Shown: positions 15,543 to 24,975 of the stretch, in pieces
Layout: each line of letters begins with the position of its first letter
Numbering within the stretch: the first letter of the stretch is position 1
Assembly (NCBI GenBank): GCA_964467815.1
Contig: CAYXST010000004.1
Location: 1-32,513 of the forward strand
From: an uncultured Candidatus Saccharibacteria bacterium
GTDB lineage: Bacteria; Patescibacteriota; Minisyncoccia; Portnoybacterales; UBA2143
DNA length: 32,513 nt
Direction of reading: 5' to 3'
Translations under genes and position numbers: made by a program
Notes under the pieces: generated by a model
Told to the model about the DNA's origin: nothing
The model's database searches: none
The model's input: the letters and a program-made list of their open reading frames with translations, nothing else

Positions 15543-15968
15543 ATGAAACATTATCCTTTGATTAGAACAATTTATCTTTATCTATTCACCATTGTCGGCT
15601 TGACTCTTTTAACTATTGGCAGCGTTCGTTTCTTGGATATGGGCTTGAAGGCCTTTGTTTTCACCAAAGCCGAAGAAGAACAACGGCTTATCTATCAGCA
15701 GCCTCCCTTGCCTTATTCAATAAAAAGGCTTGAAGAAGTTGACCTGGCGGAAAATGCTTCTCTTTCTTCGGAAGAAAAAGAAGCCATTGCCCATTGGCTG
15801 GTTGATTACAAAAATTGGCAGGAAAAAAGTTCAAAGGTTGATTACGTTACTGCCAAAAGACATCGGGACGCTTCTTTGAATTTGGCTCTTATTCTAATCG
15901 GTTTGCCTCTGTATTTTTACCATTGGCGAGTTATTAAAAAAGAAACCAAGAATAAAAAATTAGATTAA
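15543..15968 (+). CDS. hypothetical membrane protein
   Basis: N- and C-terminal hydrophobic helices with no recognisable motifs. Confidence 0.4.
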   Translation: MKHYPLIRTIYLYLFTIVGLTLLTIGSVRFLDMGLKAFVFTKAEEEQRLIYQQPPLPYSIKRLEEVDLAENASLSSEEKEAIAHWLVDYKNWQEKSSKVDYVTAKRHRDASLNLALILIGLPLYFYHWRVIKKETKNKKLD

Positions 15969-15995
15969 AATAATAGAATGAAATCATAAAAAATA

Positions 15996-16493
15996 ATGCC
16001 TTCCAAGAAAAAATTAGCCAAAGAATTAGAAAAACTTTCCAAGCAATTTCTTATTAAGGACAAGAGAAAGACGCTTTTGGATTCTTTAGAAAACGATAGA
16101 ACCGAATGGTTTAGATGGACGGCTGAAATGAAGGGATTGCTGAAAAATTTAGATAAGGCCGAGGCAATCAAGTTTAGCGGCTTGATTCTTTTATTAGAGC
16201 AAAAACCAAAAAGCAGGTTTTATCAAAATAATCTGAAGAAGTTTTTGGTTGCTAAAGTAGAATTCTATAAATATTATGATTTTTCTTTGGAAAAGAAATT
16301 AGCTCAAAAAGAAAAAACAGAAAAGAAGCTCTGGATTAGCAAAATCTTTCGCCTTTTTATCAGTCGTTCTTTTTTGGGAATTTTGATTCTCGCCCTGATT
16401 ATTGGATTTATTGTCTGGTTTTACGTCGATAGGAAAAGTTGTCTGGAATTTGTTCAAGGAGTAGTCGGCCCATTTTTGAAAGCGATTAAGTAA
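15996..16493 (+). CDS. hypothetical protein with C-terminal transmembrane helix
   Basis: Lys-rich soluble part followed by LGILILALIIGFIVWFYV. Confidence 0.4.
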   Translation: MPSKKKLAKELEKLSKQFLIKDKRKTLLDSLENDRTEWFRWTAEMKGLLKNLDKAEAIKFSGLILLLEQKPKSRFYQNNLKKFLVAKVEFYKYYDFSLEKKLAQKEKTEKKLWISKIFRLFISRSFLGILILALIIGFIVWFYVDRKSCLEFVQGVVGPFLKAIK

Positions 16494-16657
16494 GAAGCGT
16501 GCTTTTGAAAGACGCTCTCGGAATGACGCCATTCGTTTTGAGATTGACAATATTCTTTTTTTTGTTTTTTAATGAATCTGTGAAGAAAGTAACTTAATTG
16601 GAAAGAAATGAACCTGTCCAAAAACGGAGCAAGCGGATTGGGTCTTAATTATAATCT

Positions 16658-18628
16658 ATGTCTCCATCATTATATTTTTGTTTAATAAGCTCTTTTCTGG
16701 CTTTATCAATGGCCGGCTTTTTGTCTTGGCGGATAAAAAGACAAACTGTTACTGATGAAAAAGCCGACCGAATTAGCCAAATCATCAAAAAAGGAGCCAT
16801 GGCTTTTTTGAATCGGGAGTATCAAATTCTTTTTGTTTTCGTTTTGGTCGTCGCCGTTCTCCTCTATTATTTTCTTAATTCTAAAACAGCCATCGCTTTT
16901 GTCAGCGGTGCTTTTCTAAGCGGTTTGGCCGGTCAGATCGGTCTGCGAATAGCCACCTCGGCCAATGTCCGGACGGCCGAAAAGCTTAATCGTGATTTAA
17001 AATCAGGTTTAAACGTTGCTTTTAACAGCGGCAGCGTGATGGCTTTAAGCGTAGTCGGCTTGGGTCTTTTAGGTATTACCGTTCTTTATTTAATTTTCAA
17101 AGAGCCGAGCATTATTTACGGTTTTGGCTTCGGCGCCTCTTCAGTAGCTTTGTTCGCTCGGGTCGGCGGCGGTATTTATACCAAAGCGGCCGATGTCGGA
17201 GCTGATTTGGTTGGTAAGGTTGAAAAGGGGATTCCCGAAGACGACCCGCGCAATCCGGCGACTATTGCTGATAACGTCGGTGATAACGTTGGAGATGTTG
17301 CCGGTATGGGCGCGGACCTTTTTGAAAGTTATGTTGATAGCATCATTGCCGCTATGGTTATCGGAGCGGTGGTGGCCGTCGGCGAACAGGGGATTTTTCT
17401 GCCGATGATTTTAGCGGCCGGCGGAATAATTGTCAGTTTAATCAGCAATTTTTTTGTTAAATTGGGTTCGGCTAAGGCGAAAGCCGGTTCTGGCCAAGGA
17501 ATTTTAAATCGCGGTATTTGGCTGGCCACGATTTTAATGTCTCTTAGCGGTTATGGCTTAATCAAATATCTTGGTTTCGGCATGCCTGTTTTTTATGCTT
17601 TCTTGGTCGGTTTGCTGGCCGGTTTAAGTATCGGTTTAGTGACTGAATATTTTACTTCGCATAAATATCGCTTTACCCAAAGAGTAGCCCAAGCGGCTCA
17701 GACCGGAGCGGGAACTAATATTATTGCCGGCTTTGCTCTTGGTTTAAGCAGTACGATTCTGCCAATTTTAATCATCAGCGCGGCTATTTTTTTGGCCTAT
17801 CAATGGAGCCAGTTATATGGCGTCGCGATTGCGGCCGTCGGCATGCTTTCTACTTTGGGAGTAACTTTAGCCGCTGACACTTTTGGGCCGGTAGCCGATA
17901 ATGCGGCCGGTATCGCTGAAATGGCCGGCCTCGGACAAAAGACCAGGGAGCGGGCCGAAGACTTAGACGCTGTCGGCAATACGACGGCAGCTATTGGCAA
18001 AGGATTTGCCATTGGGGCGGCCGCTTTGACCGCTTTGGCTTTAATGATAAGTTACGGCCAAGCCGTCAAACTGCCTTTTGTTGATTTATTCAATTACAAG
18101 GTCATCGTCGGTCTTTTCTTAGGCGGCTTAATGCCTTTTGTCTTTTCTTCCTTCGCTTTACAGGCAGTTGGCCGGGCAGCCATGGCTATGGTTGAAGAAG
18201 TCCGTCGTCAGTTTAAGAACATTCAGGGAATTATGACCGGGGAGGGCGAACCGGATTATACTAGATGTATTGATATCAGCACTAAGGCGGCCTTGCGGGA
18301 AATGATTTTGCCCAGTGTTTTAAGTATTTTGGCGCCGGTCTTGGTCGGTCTTTTGCTGGGCAAAATGGCTTTAGCCGGTTTATTGGCCGGTTCAATCGTT
18401 TCCGGATTTTTATTGGCCGTAACTATGGCTAATTCCGGCGGCGCTTGGGACAACGCCAAGAAATACATTGAAGCGGGCAATTTAGGCGGTAAGGGCTCGG
18501 AAACACACAAAGCGGCCGTGGTTGGCGACACGGTCGGCGACCCTTTTAAGGACACGGCCGGCCCCTCGTTGAATATCTTGTTGAAGTTAATGGCCATTGT
18601 TGCATTGATTATCGCGCCGTTGCTGTAG
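16658..18628 (+). CDS. hppA: membrane-bound proton/sodium-translocating pyrophosphatase
   Basis: [54 protein letters not shown] and [12 protein letters not shown]...[21 protein letters not shown]. Confidence 0.95.
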   Translation: MSPSLYFCLISSFLALSMAGFLSWRIKRQTVTDEKADRISQIIKKGAMAFLNREYQILFVFVLVVAVLLYYFLNSKTAIAFVSGAFLSGLAGQIGLRIATSANVRTAEKLNRDLKSGLNVAFNSGSVMALSVVGLGLLGITVLYLIFKEPSIIYGFGFGASSVALFARVGGGIYTKAADVGADLVGKVEKGIPEDDPRNPATIADNVGDNVGDVAGMGADLFESYVDSIIAAMVIGAVVAVGEQGIFLPMILAAGGIIVSLISNFFVKLGSAKAKAGSGQGILNRGIWLATILMSLSGYGLIKYLGFGMPVFYAFLVGLLAGLSIGLVTEYFTSHKYRFTQRVAQAAQTGAGTNIIAGFALGLSSTILPILIISAAIFLAYQWSQLYGVAIAAVGMLSTLGVTLAADTFGPVADNAAGIAEMAGLGQKTRERAEDLDAVGNTTAAIGKGFAIGAAALTALALMISYGQAVKLPFVDLFNYKVIVGLFLGGLMPFVFSSFALQAVGRAAMAMVEEVRRQFKNIQGIMTGEGEPDYTRCIDISTKAALREMILPSVLSILAPVLVGLLLGKMALAGLLAGSIVSGFLLAVTMANSGGAWDNAKKYIEAGNLGGKGSETHKAAVVGDTVGDPFKDTAGPSLNILLKLMAIVALIIAPLL

Positions 18629-18644
18629 TAAAAGGCGTATCCTC

Positions 18645-18674
18645 TTGACAGCTTTCTGGTTATGGGTATATACT
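18645..18674 (+). promoter_or_regulatory. sigma70-type promoter (TTGACA-N18-TATACT)
   Basis: TTGACA at 18645-18650 and TATACT at 18669-18674, just after the hppA stop. Confidence 0.45.
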
Positions 18675-18730
18675 CATAATTGGCGGTGAGGGATAAATGG
18701 AAATTTATTTTCATTTAGACCGAGCAACCA

Positions 18731-18756
18731 ATTATATAGATATGTATCTATATAAT
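18731..18756. promoter_or_regulatory. perfect 12-bp inverted repeat (candidate operator)
   Basis: ATTATATAGATA-TG-TATCTATATAAT. Confidence 0.4.
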
Positions 18757-18814
18757 AGAGTATTACTTAATAACGGATGGCTGTTTTTGTTAAAAAGGTC
18801 GCGGTCATCTGACT

Positions 18815-18854
18815 CCTCATCTTTTTTGTCAATAAAAGAAAGATGAGGTATAAT
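18815..18854 (+). promoter_or_regulatory. promoter TTGTCA-N17-TATAAT embedded in a 10-bp inverted repeat
   Basis: -35 at 18826-18831 and -10 at 18849-18854. The arms CCTCATCTTT (18815-18824) and AAAGATGAGG (18839-18848) bracket the -35 element and spacer. Confidence 0.55.
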
Positions 18855-18872
18855 AAAAGAGAAGAAATTACT

Positions 18873-19199
18873 ATGCCTGCTTTCAACGGAACAGGTCCTC
18901 AAGGCCAAGGCTCACGGACTGGCCGCGGTTTAGGTTATTGCCGGCCCACCGGGCAGACGAATCAACCTGGTTATAGGCGCGGTTTAGGCCAAGGTTGGTT
19001 CGGCCGAAGATTGGGTCGTGGCTTTGGTTTTGGCCGCGGCTGGGGATACCCATATGGAGGTTATCCGGATAGACCCGATTATCCCTATGAACCAACGGCC
19101 AAAGAAGAAAAAGAAATACTGGCTGAAGAGCTTCAGGGGTTAAAAGAAGAAACAAAGAGAACGGAAACCCGTCTTGAGGAACTGAAAAATAAAAAATAA
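18873..19199 (+). CDS. DUF5320-family protein (Gly/Arg-rich, C-terminal coiled coil)
   Basis: The N-terminus MPAFNGTGPQGQGSRTGRGLGYC is the family hallmark. ATG 18873 is chosen because the promoter -10 lies inside the longer ORF. Confidence 0.65.
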   Translation: MPAFNGTGPQGQGSRTGRGLGYCRPTGQTNQPGYRRGLGQGWFGRRLGRGFGFGRGWGYPYGGYPDRPDYPYEPTAKEEKEILAEELQGLKEETKRTETRLEELKNKK

Positions 19200-19225
19200 A
19201 ATAATAGGGATAAGGAGAAAAAAAC

Positions 19226-19453
19226 ATGCCATTTAGAGATGGAACCGGTCTTTCTGGCCAGGCGCCAGGCGCCGGCCAAGGCTTCAGGCAGGGTCAGGGC
19301 CGCGGTCGTCAAACAGAAGGTTTCGGTTTAGGACCGGACGGAGAATGTCTCTGTCCAAAATGCGGAACAAAAGTCCCTCATCAGAGAGGAGTGCCTTGTT
19401 ACGAACAAAAATGCCCTAAATGCGGCAGTTTGATGACTCGGACTGGGCAATAA
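19226..19453 (+). CDS. DUF5320-like N-terminus fused to a 4-Cys zinc ribbon
   Basis: MPFRDGTGLSGQ..., then CLCPKCGTKVPHQRGVPCYEQKCPKCGSLMTR. GGAGA SD lies upstream. Confidence 0.6.
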   Translation: MPFRDGTGLSGQAPGAGQGFRQGQGRGRQTEGFGLGPDGECLCPKCGTKVPHQRGVPCYEQKCPKCGSLMTRTGQ

Positions 19454-19465
19454 CTTTAAATTAAT

Positions 19466-19891
19466 ATGAAGATTTGTTTAAGCGCCAGCTTACCTAAGTT
19501 TGATTCGCCGATAGACCCGCGTTTTGGCCGGGCGCCTTATTTTTTAATTACTGACGAAAAAGGAGAAAAATTGGAAGTGATTAAGAATACCGGAGTCGAA
19601 GCAATGGGCGGAGCCGGAGTAACCGCGGCTCAATTAGTTGTTTCAGCCGGTACCCAATTGATCATTACCGGTAATTTAGGACCACGGGCCTTCCAGGTTC
19701 TTCAAAATTCGGGGATAAAAATAATTATTGGCGTTTCCGGAATTTCAGCCAAAGAGGCTTTGGAAAAATATCAAAAAGGAGAACTAAAAGAGATGGCTCG
19801 ACCAAGCGTGCCTGGCCATTTTGGAATAGGTCAAAGATTCGGCGGCAGTCGAGGCGGCTTTGGTGGCGGTCATCGTTCGAGCCATCGATAG
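19466..19891 (+). CDS. NifB/NifX-like (dinitrogenase FeMo-cofactor-binding fold) domain protein with Gly/Arg-rich tail
   Basis: IDPRFGRAPYFLITD...GGAGVTAAQLVVSAGTQLIITGNLGPRAFQVLQNSGIKI, with the tail GGSRGGFGGGHRSSHR. Confidence 0.7.
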   Translation: MKICLSASLPKFDSPIDPRFGRAPYFLITDEKGEKLEVIKNTGVEAMGGAGVTAAQLVVSAGTQLIITGNLGPRAFQVLQNSGIKIIIGVSGISAKEALEKYQKGELKEMARPSVPGHFGIGQRFGGSRGGFGGGHRSSHR

Positions 19892-19923
19892 ATATTACGA
19901 GAACGGTTCTCGGACTTATTTAT

Positions 19924-21162
19924 ATGACCGAAGTATTTAAAAAAGGCCAAAAGGCCACGATGATTTCAGCGTTGTTAACCATTCTTTTGGCCGTAATTAA
20001 GGGGATAGTCGGCTTGGTTTCAGGAAGCGTTGTTTTACTAGCCGATGCGGTTCATAGCGCGGCCGACTCTCTTTCCAGTTTTGCCGCTTGGTTTGGTTTA
20101 AAAATTTCTCAAAAAAAACCGACCGAGAAGTTTTCCTACGGTTTTTATAAAGCGGAGAATTTAACCGCACTTTTGATTTCCGGACTTATTCTTTTAGCCG
20201 GTTTTTTAATTGTTCAAGAAAGCCTTTCCAAGTTTTTTGTAGAATCAAAATTGAATATTCCTTTAGTGGCTATCGGAGCGGCTGTTTTGGACGCCATCGT
20301 TATGTTTTCAATTGGAACCTATGAAGTGAAAGTAGGCCGGAAGATAAACTCTCAAAGCTTGATGGCCGATGGCCGGGAATCGCGCCTTCATTTACTTTCT
20401 TCTTCTTTGGTTTTAATCGGTTTATTCTCCAGCTGGTTAAAAATTCCTTATTTAGAAGGAATTATGGGGATGGCCATTTCTCTTTTTATTTTTCAGGCCG
20501 GCTTAAGTTCTGTCAAAGATTCAATTTTTGCCTTGATGGATGTTTCTCCGGAAAAAGAAAAAGAAGAAAAAGTTAAGAAAATTTTAAATGGTATTTCCGG
20601 AATCAGAGGATTTGAAAACTTAAAATTAAGAAAATCAGGCCCATTTATTTTCGGAGAGGTTAAGATAAAAATCGGCAAAGCTATCAATGTTAAAAAAGCT
20701 TATGAAATCTCGGGAAATATCGAGAAAGAAATTAAGAAAGGGGTAAGGTCAATTGATTCATTTACGGTAATGGTTCTGCCTTATGAAGTCGAAAAACAAA
20801 AAATATGCATTCCTATCGGCAAAGACAAAGGAATCAACTCTTTAATGTCCAATCATTTTGGCCGGGCTAATAAATTTGTTTTTATCAATTTAGATAAGGG
20901 AGAAATTAAAGATTATTACATTAAAGAAAATCCTTATCAAGAAAGAGAAATCAGAGCCGGTTTGAATACGGCTTTATTCGTTATCAGGGAAAAGGTTGAT
21001 TCGGTCATTACCCAAGAAATGGGACCGATTTCTCTTCATACTTTAAGAGATAATATCGTTGATGTTTATTCAAATACAGACGGTCAGGTCAAGGAAATCG
21101 TCAAAAAATTTATTCAGAAGAAACTTAAACCGTTAAAAGAAGCGACTAAAGAAAAGATATGA
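19924..21162 (+). CDS. cation diffusion facilitator (CDF) transporter fused to a C-terminal NifX-like domain
   Basis: The CDF transmembrane core has SVVLLADAVHSAADSLSS and a cytoplasmic domain. The C-terminal ~110 aa (MSNHFGRANKFVFINL...VDSVITQEMGPISLHTLRDNIV) resemble the preceding NifX-like protein. Confidence 0.7.
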   Translation: MTEVFKKGQKATMISALLTILLAVIKGIVGLVSGSVVLLADAVHSAADSLSSFAAWFGLKISQKKPTEKFSYGFYKAENLTALLISGLILLAGFLIVQESLSKFFVESKLNIPLVAIGAAVLDAIVMFSIGTYEVKVGRKINSQSLMADGRESRLHLLSSSLVLIGLFSSWLKIPYLEGIMGMAISLFIFQAGLSSVKDSIFALMDVSPEKEKEEKVKKILNGISGIRGFENLKLRKSGPFIFGEVKIKIGKAINVKKAYEISGNIEKEIKKGVRSIDSFTVMVLPYEVEKQKICIPIGKDKGINSLMSNHFGRANKFVFINLDKGEIKDYYIKENPYQEREIRAGLNTALFVIREKVDSVITQEMGPISLHTLRDNIVDVYSNTDGQVKEIVKKFIQKKLKPLKEATKEKI

Positions 21163-21992
21163 TGACCATAGGCATCACCGGCGGCAAGGGAGGAACGGGC
21201 AAATCTACGGTGGCCATCCTTTTAGCCAATCAATATTTTCAAGAAGGCCAGAAGGTTATTTTGGTTGACTCTGATATAGAATGTCCTAACGACTATTTGC
21301 TTTTGGGCCAGGTTCTGGGAAAGCCGGTGGAAAAAACTTATACCCGTTTTCCTAAATTAGACCGGAGTAAATGCCGGAAATGCGGCGTTTGTGTCAGAAA
21401 TTGCCGGAGCAACGCTATTTTTCAGGCGCCGGGCCAATATCCGATATTCATTAAGGATTTATGCTCCGGTTGCGGGGCTTGCTGGTTAAGCTGTCCCGAG
21501 CAAGCTATCCAGCCGATTAAAGAAGAAACCGGCCGGATTTTTGTTAACCGCCTCAAGGAAAATTACTGGCTAATTACCGGCTTAGCCAAGGCTGGTTTGG
21601 AAGAAACCGGTCCCATTGTCACTCAAACGAAAAAATTTGCCTTAAAGTTCGCTCAAGAGAAAAAAGCCGATATTGTTTTGTTAGATACGGCCGCCGGGAC
21701 CCATTGCCCGGTTATCTCGGCTCTTCTAGACGTTGATTTGGCCAAGGCGGTTACTGAACCAACTCCTATGGGAGCAGTCGATTTGGGTTTAATTTTAGAT
21801 TTGTGCCAGAAAATTAAAGTGCCGGCGGAAGTGATTTTGAATCAAGCTGATTTGGGAGATAAAAAAAGAATTGAGGCGGTTGTTCAAAAATATCAAACCA
21901 AAATTATTCAGGAAATTCCTTATTCCAAGAAAGTTGTTCAGGCCTATTCTCGGGGGAAATTATTAAATTTTAAATTCAAATGGGGAAAATAA
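21159..21992 (+). CDS. MinD/ParA-type P-loop ATPase with inserted 2x[4Fe-4S] ferredoxin domain
   Basis: GGKGGTGKST, CRKCGVCVRNC and CSGCGACWLSC. Overlaps the upstream gene by 4 nt. Confidence 0.75.
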   Translation: MMTIGITGGKGGTGKSTVAILLANQYFQEGQKVILVDSDIECPNDYLLLGQVLGKPVEKTYTRFPKLDRSKCRKCGVCVRNCRSNAIFQAPGQYPIFIKDLCSGCGACWLSCPEQAIQPIKEETGRIFVNRLKENYWLITGLAKAGLEETGPIVTQTKKFALKFAQEKKADIVLLDTAAGTHCPVISALLDVDLAKAVTEPTPMGAVDLGLILDLCQKIKVPAEVILNQADLGDKKRIEAVVQKYQTKIIQEIPYSKKVVQAYSRGKLLNFKFKWGK

Positions 21993-22819
21993 GTAGTTCA
22001 ACAGGACTCACTATAAAAATTATTATTTTTGGGTTAATTTTATCTGTCTTCGGATTTGTCTTTTTTTTGAGTCCGGCCTTGGCGGTTGAAGAAGATTGTT
22101 ATCACTGCCAGAGCATTAGTCCGAATTTTTTACAGGAATTGCCCGATGATTTTACTTTAATTAAAATTGTTTCTTTAGCCGCCGTTGATGCGGTTAATCC
22201 CTGCACCTTGGCTGTTCTCGGTTTAATGCTGGTAACTATTTTAACTTATAACCCAGCCAAGAAAAGAAATGTCATTTTGGCCGGTCTAGCCTTTGTCTTT
22301 TCTGTTTTTGTGATGTATTTCTTTTACGGTTTGATTATTGTCGGTTCTTTCCAGCTGTTAAACGCTTTAAAGGTAATCCAGTTTTGGCTTTATAAAATTG
22401 TCGCTTTGGGCGCCATCGTTTTGGGCTTTTTGAAAATCAGGGACTTTTTTCGGGCTAAAGCGGTCTGTCGGGTTAATCCCGGAGTTGAGCGAATTCTTTT
22501 AAAAATAACCAGCCCAAAAGGAGCTTTCCTGGCTGGTGCTTTAGTAACTATATTTTTACTGCCTTGTACCATCGGCCCCTATATTATCTGCGGCGGAATC
22601 TTGTGCCAGCTGGGCATATTAAAATCCCTGCCTTGGCTGTTGCTTTACAATTTGATATTCGTTTTACCGATGCTGGCCGTTGTTTTCATTGTTTATTTTG
22701 GCTTAAGAAAAATTGAAGATATCCATAGCTGGCAGGCCAGAAATATTAAGTATCTTCATCTAGTATCCGGCATAATTATCCTGCTTTTGGGCCTGGCAAT
22801 GGTCTCTGGACTGCTTTAG
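21980..22819 (+). CDS. CcdA/DsbD-family thiol-disulfide transfer membrane protein
   Basis: Multi-pass membrane protein with conserved transmembrane cysteines (VNPCTLAV and LLPCTIGP). An extracytoplasmic CYHC motif is also present. Confidence 0.6.
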   Translation: MGKISSSTGLTIKIIIFGLILSVFGFVFFLSPALAVEEDCYHCQSISPNFLQELPDDFTLIKIVSLAAVDAVNPCTLAVLGLMLVTILTYNPAKKRNVILAGLAFVFSVFVMYFFYGLIIVGSFQLLNALKVIQFWLYKIVALGAIVLGFLKIRDFFRAKAVCRVNPGVERILLKITSPKGAFLAGALVTIFLLPCTIGPYIICGGILCQLGILKSLPWLLLYNLIFVLPMLAVVFIVYFGLRKIEDIHSWQARNIKYLHLVSGIIILLLGLAMVSGLL

Positions 22820-22932
22820 TTTTTTTAAAAAAGATTGAATTTTATGCAACTTTATATTAGAAAAACTTCTTTGATTAATCCAAATAGGTTTACGAATGGT
22901 TTAGTCGGAATGCGTTTAGAATTATCAAATTT

Positions 22933-23511
22933 TTGTATAATGATTTAAAAAAAGATGATTTGTTTTTACATAAGAAGTATCAAAGGCAATTAGAAGCGAG
23001 GGAAATTTATAAAGAGTCTCTGCGGGGGTCGAAGAAATATAGAGAAGTAGAAAAAAGATATAAATTACCAATGCAGAAACTATTACAAAAGCTATTCATT
23101 GAAGATAGATTCACTGGAGAAGAAATTGCTAAAAAATTAGGGATTCATTCTTCCTCGGTTTATAGATGGCTAGAGAAAACAGGAGTGAAATTTCCTGAGA
23201 AAAAGATTAAGAAAATTATAGTTAAGGAGTGCCCGGTCTGTCATGGGCAATTTGAACAGCAGAAAGGGCGTTTTAAAAAATATTGTTCTGAATATTGCAG
23301 AATTCAGGCAAGACAGACTGGAAAACTTGTAAAGTGTATCGTTTGCGGGAAGAAAGTATATAGGCCAGGATGGTGGTTTAGAATCAATAACACGCCGATT
23401 TGCTCTAAGGGATGTTTAAGAGAATGGCGGCGTATGCGTGTAGGGAAGAATACAATTCATCGTTCTAAGGAAACGGTCCAATTTGTGTCTTTTAAAAGAG
23501 GAGTAATTTAA
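22933..23511 (+). CDS. hypothetical HTH + Cys-rich zinc-ribbon protein (start uncertain)
   Basis: HTH-like EEIAKKLGIHSSSVYRWLEK, then CPVCHG...YCSEYC...CIVCGK...CSKGC. The track start is TTG. An extended -10 (TGTATAAT, 22934-22941) suggests the true start may be the first in-frame ATG at 23071. Confidence 0.45.
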   Translation: MYNDLKKDDLFLHKKYQRQLEAREIYKESLRGSKKYREVEKRYKLPMQKLLQKLFIEDRFTGEEIAKKLGIHSSSVYRWLEKTGVKFPEKKIKKIIVKECPVCHGQFEQQKGRFKKYCSEYCRIQARQTGKLVKCIVCGKKVYRPGWWFRINNTPICSKGCLREWRRMRVGKNTIHRSKETVQFVSFKRGVI

Positions 23512-24101
23512 TGAACAAATTGTCAATTATTGATAAGAAACTTAGGGGAATAAGGGATGAAATTGTTGATTGCCGGAAATGTCCTCTTCACAAAAACAGA
23601 ACTTTGCCGGTTATCGGACAGGGAAGCCATCAGGCGGAAATTATGCTAGTTTCAGAGGCGCCAGGATATTGGGAAGATCAAAAAGGAGAGCCTTTTGTTG
23701 GAGCTGCAGGAGGAGTATTGAATGAACTTTTGGATTTCGTTGGAATTAAAAGAGAAGAAGTATATATTTGTAATATTCTTAAATGCCGGCCCCCTCAAAA
23801 CCGCAACCCGCAAAAAGATGAGATTGCTGCTTGCGTTCCTTACTTAGAAAAACAGATTAGAATTATTCGACCAAAGCTTATTGGTTCGCTAGGCAATTAC
23901 GCGACCGCTTATCTTTTGGAAAAATTCGGTTTATCTGATAAAATTCAAGGCATCAGCAAGATACACGGCCAGGTTTTTGAGGCCAGGGCTGATTTCGGGC
24001 CAATTAAAATTATTCCTTTATATCATCCAGCCGTAGCTGTTTACAATGAAAGGATGAAAGAAACTCTTAAAAATGATTTCCAAATCCTCAATGAAAGATA
24101 A
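23511..24101 (+). CDS. udg: uracil-DNA glycosylase, family 4
   Basis: CRKCPLHKNRT...VSEAPGYWEDQKGEPFVGAAGGVLNELL...CNILKCRPP...HPA. Confidence 0.85.
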   Translation: MNKLSIIDKKLRGIRDEIVDCRKCPLHKNRTLPVIGQGSHQAEIMLVSEAPGYWEDQKGEPFVGAAGGVLNELLDFVGIKREEVYICNILKCRPPQNRNPQKDEIAACVPYLEKQIRIIRPKLIGSLGNYATAYLLEKFGLSDKIQGISKIHGQVFEARADFGPIKIIPLYHPAVAVYNERMKETLKNDFQILNER

Positions 24102-24975
24102 ACAATTTAAATTAGTCATTTCTTCAGGCAAAGGGGGCGTCGGCAAATCAATGCTGGCTTCGGCTTTAGCGATGCTTTTTGCTAAAAAGGAAAAAATCGT
24201 CGCGGTTGACGCCGACGTTGACGCGCCTAATTTAGCTATTTGGCTTAACGAAGTTTCTGATGAAAATGTTCAATTTTCCCAGAAAATTTCCAATTCCTTT
24301 AAAGCGGTTATTGACGAAAATAAATGCAATGGCTGCGGCCAGTGTGTTGAGAAATGTCCTTTTGGGGCTATTAAAATTAAGAACGGCCGGGCTAAAATAA
24401 ATCCATTTCTTTGCGAAGGTTGCGGCGTTTGCCAGATTATCTGTCCTCAAAAGGCGGTTGATTTAAAACCGGTTGAGAATGGCCAAATCAAAGTAATTAA
24501 GACTAATTATGGTTTTCCCTTAGTGATCGGTCAGTTATTCCCCGGCGAAACGGGTTCTGGCAAAATAGTCACTGAGATAAAAAAACAGGCCGAAGAAATC
24601 AGTCAGGCCGAATTAATGCTTATTGACTCGGCGCCAGGAACCGGCTGTCCGGTGATTGCTTCTTTGCGGGATGCTCATTTAGCCGTTTTGATTACTGAAC
24701 CGACTCTCTCCGGTTTCTCTGATTTGAAAAGAATTTTAGAATTGGTCGAACATTTTCAAATTCCTTTTAAAATAGTCGTTAATAAATGGGATATCAACCG
24801 TCCGCTGACTAAAAAGATGGAAAAAGAATTCAAGGATAATTTTTTAGGTAAAATATCTTATGACCAAGGCATTTTTAAGGCCATCGCCAACCTAAAGCCA
24901 ATTTTGAAAACAAAACTTAAGGCCAAAAAAGAGATTAAGGAAATATTTAAACAATTATATGCCCAGACCGTTTAA
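24091..24975 (+). CDS. MinD/ParA-type P-loop ATPase with 2x[4Fe-4S] ferredoxin domain (paralog of 21159..21992)
   Basis: SGKGGVGKSM, CNGCGQCVEKC and CEGCGVCQIIC. ATG 24091 (MKDKQFKLVISSGKGG) is preferred over 24073. Confidence 0.75.
   Translation: MKDKQFKLVISSGKGGVGKSMLASALAMLFAKKEKIVAVDADVDAPNLAIWLNEVSDENVQFSQKISNSFKAVIDENKCNGCGQCVEKCPFGAIKIKNGRAKINPFLCEGCGVCQIICPQKAVDLKPVENGQIKVIKTNYGFPLVIGQLFPGETGSGKIVTEIKKQAEEISQAELMLIDSAPGTGCPVIASLRDAHLAVLITEPTLSGFSDLKRILELVEHFQIPFKIVVNKWDINRPLTKKMEKEFKDNFLGKISYDQGIFKAIANLKPILKTKLKAKKEIKEIFKQLYAQTV

Noticed and set aside
16658-18714. Track ORFs 17193..17408(+), 17329..17529(-), 17800..18012(-) and 18256..18714(-)
   Set aside because: All lie inside or antisense to the strongly supported pyrophosphatase gene. 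Their Ala/Pro/Ser-rich translations are typical of off-frame reading of a GC-richer CDS.
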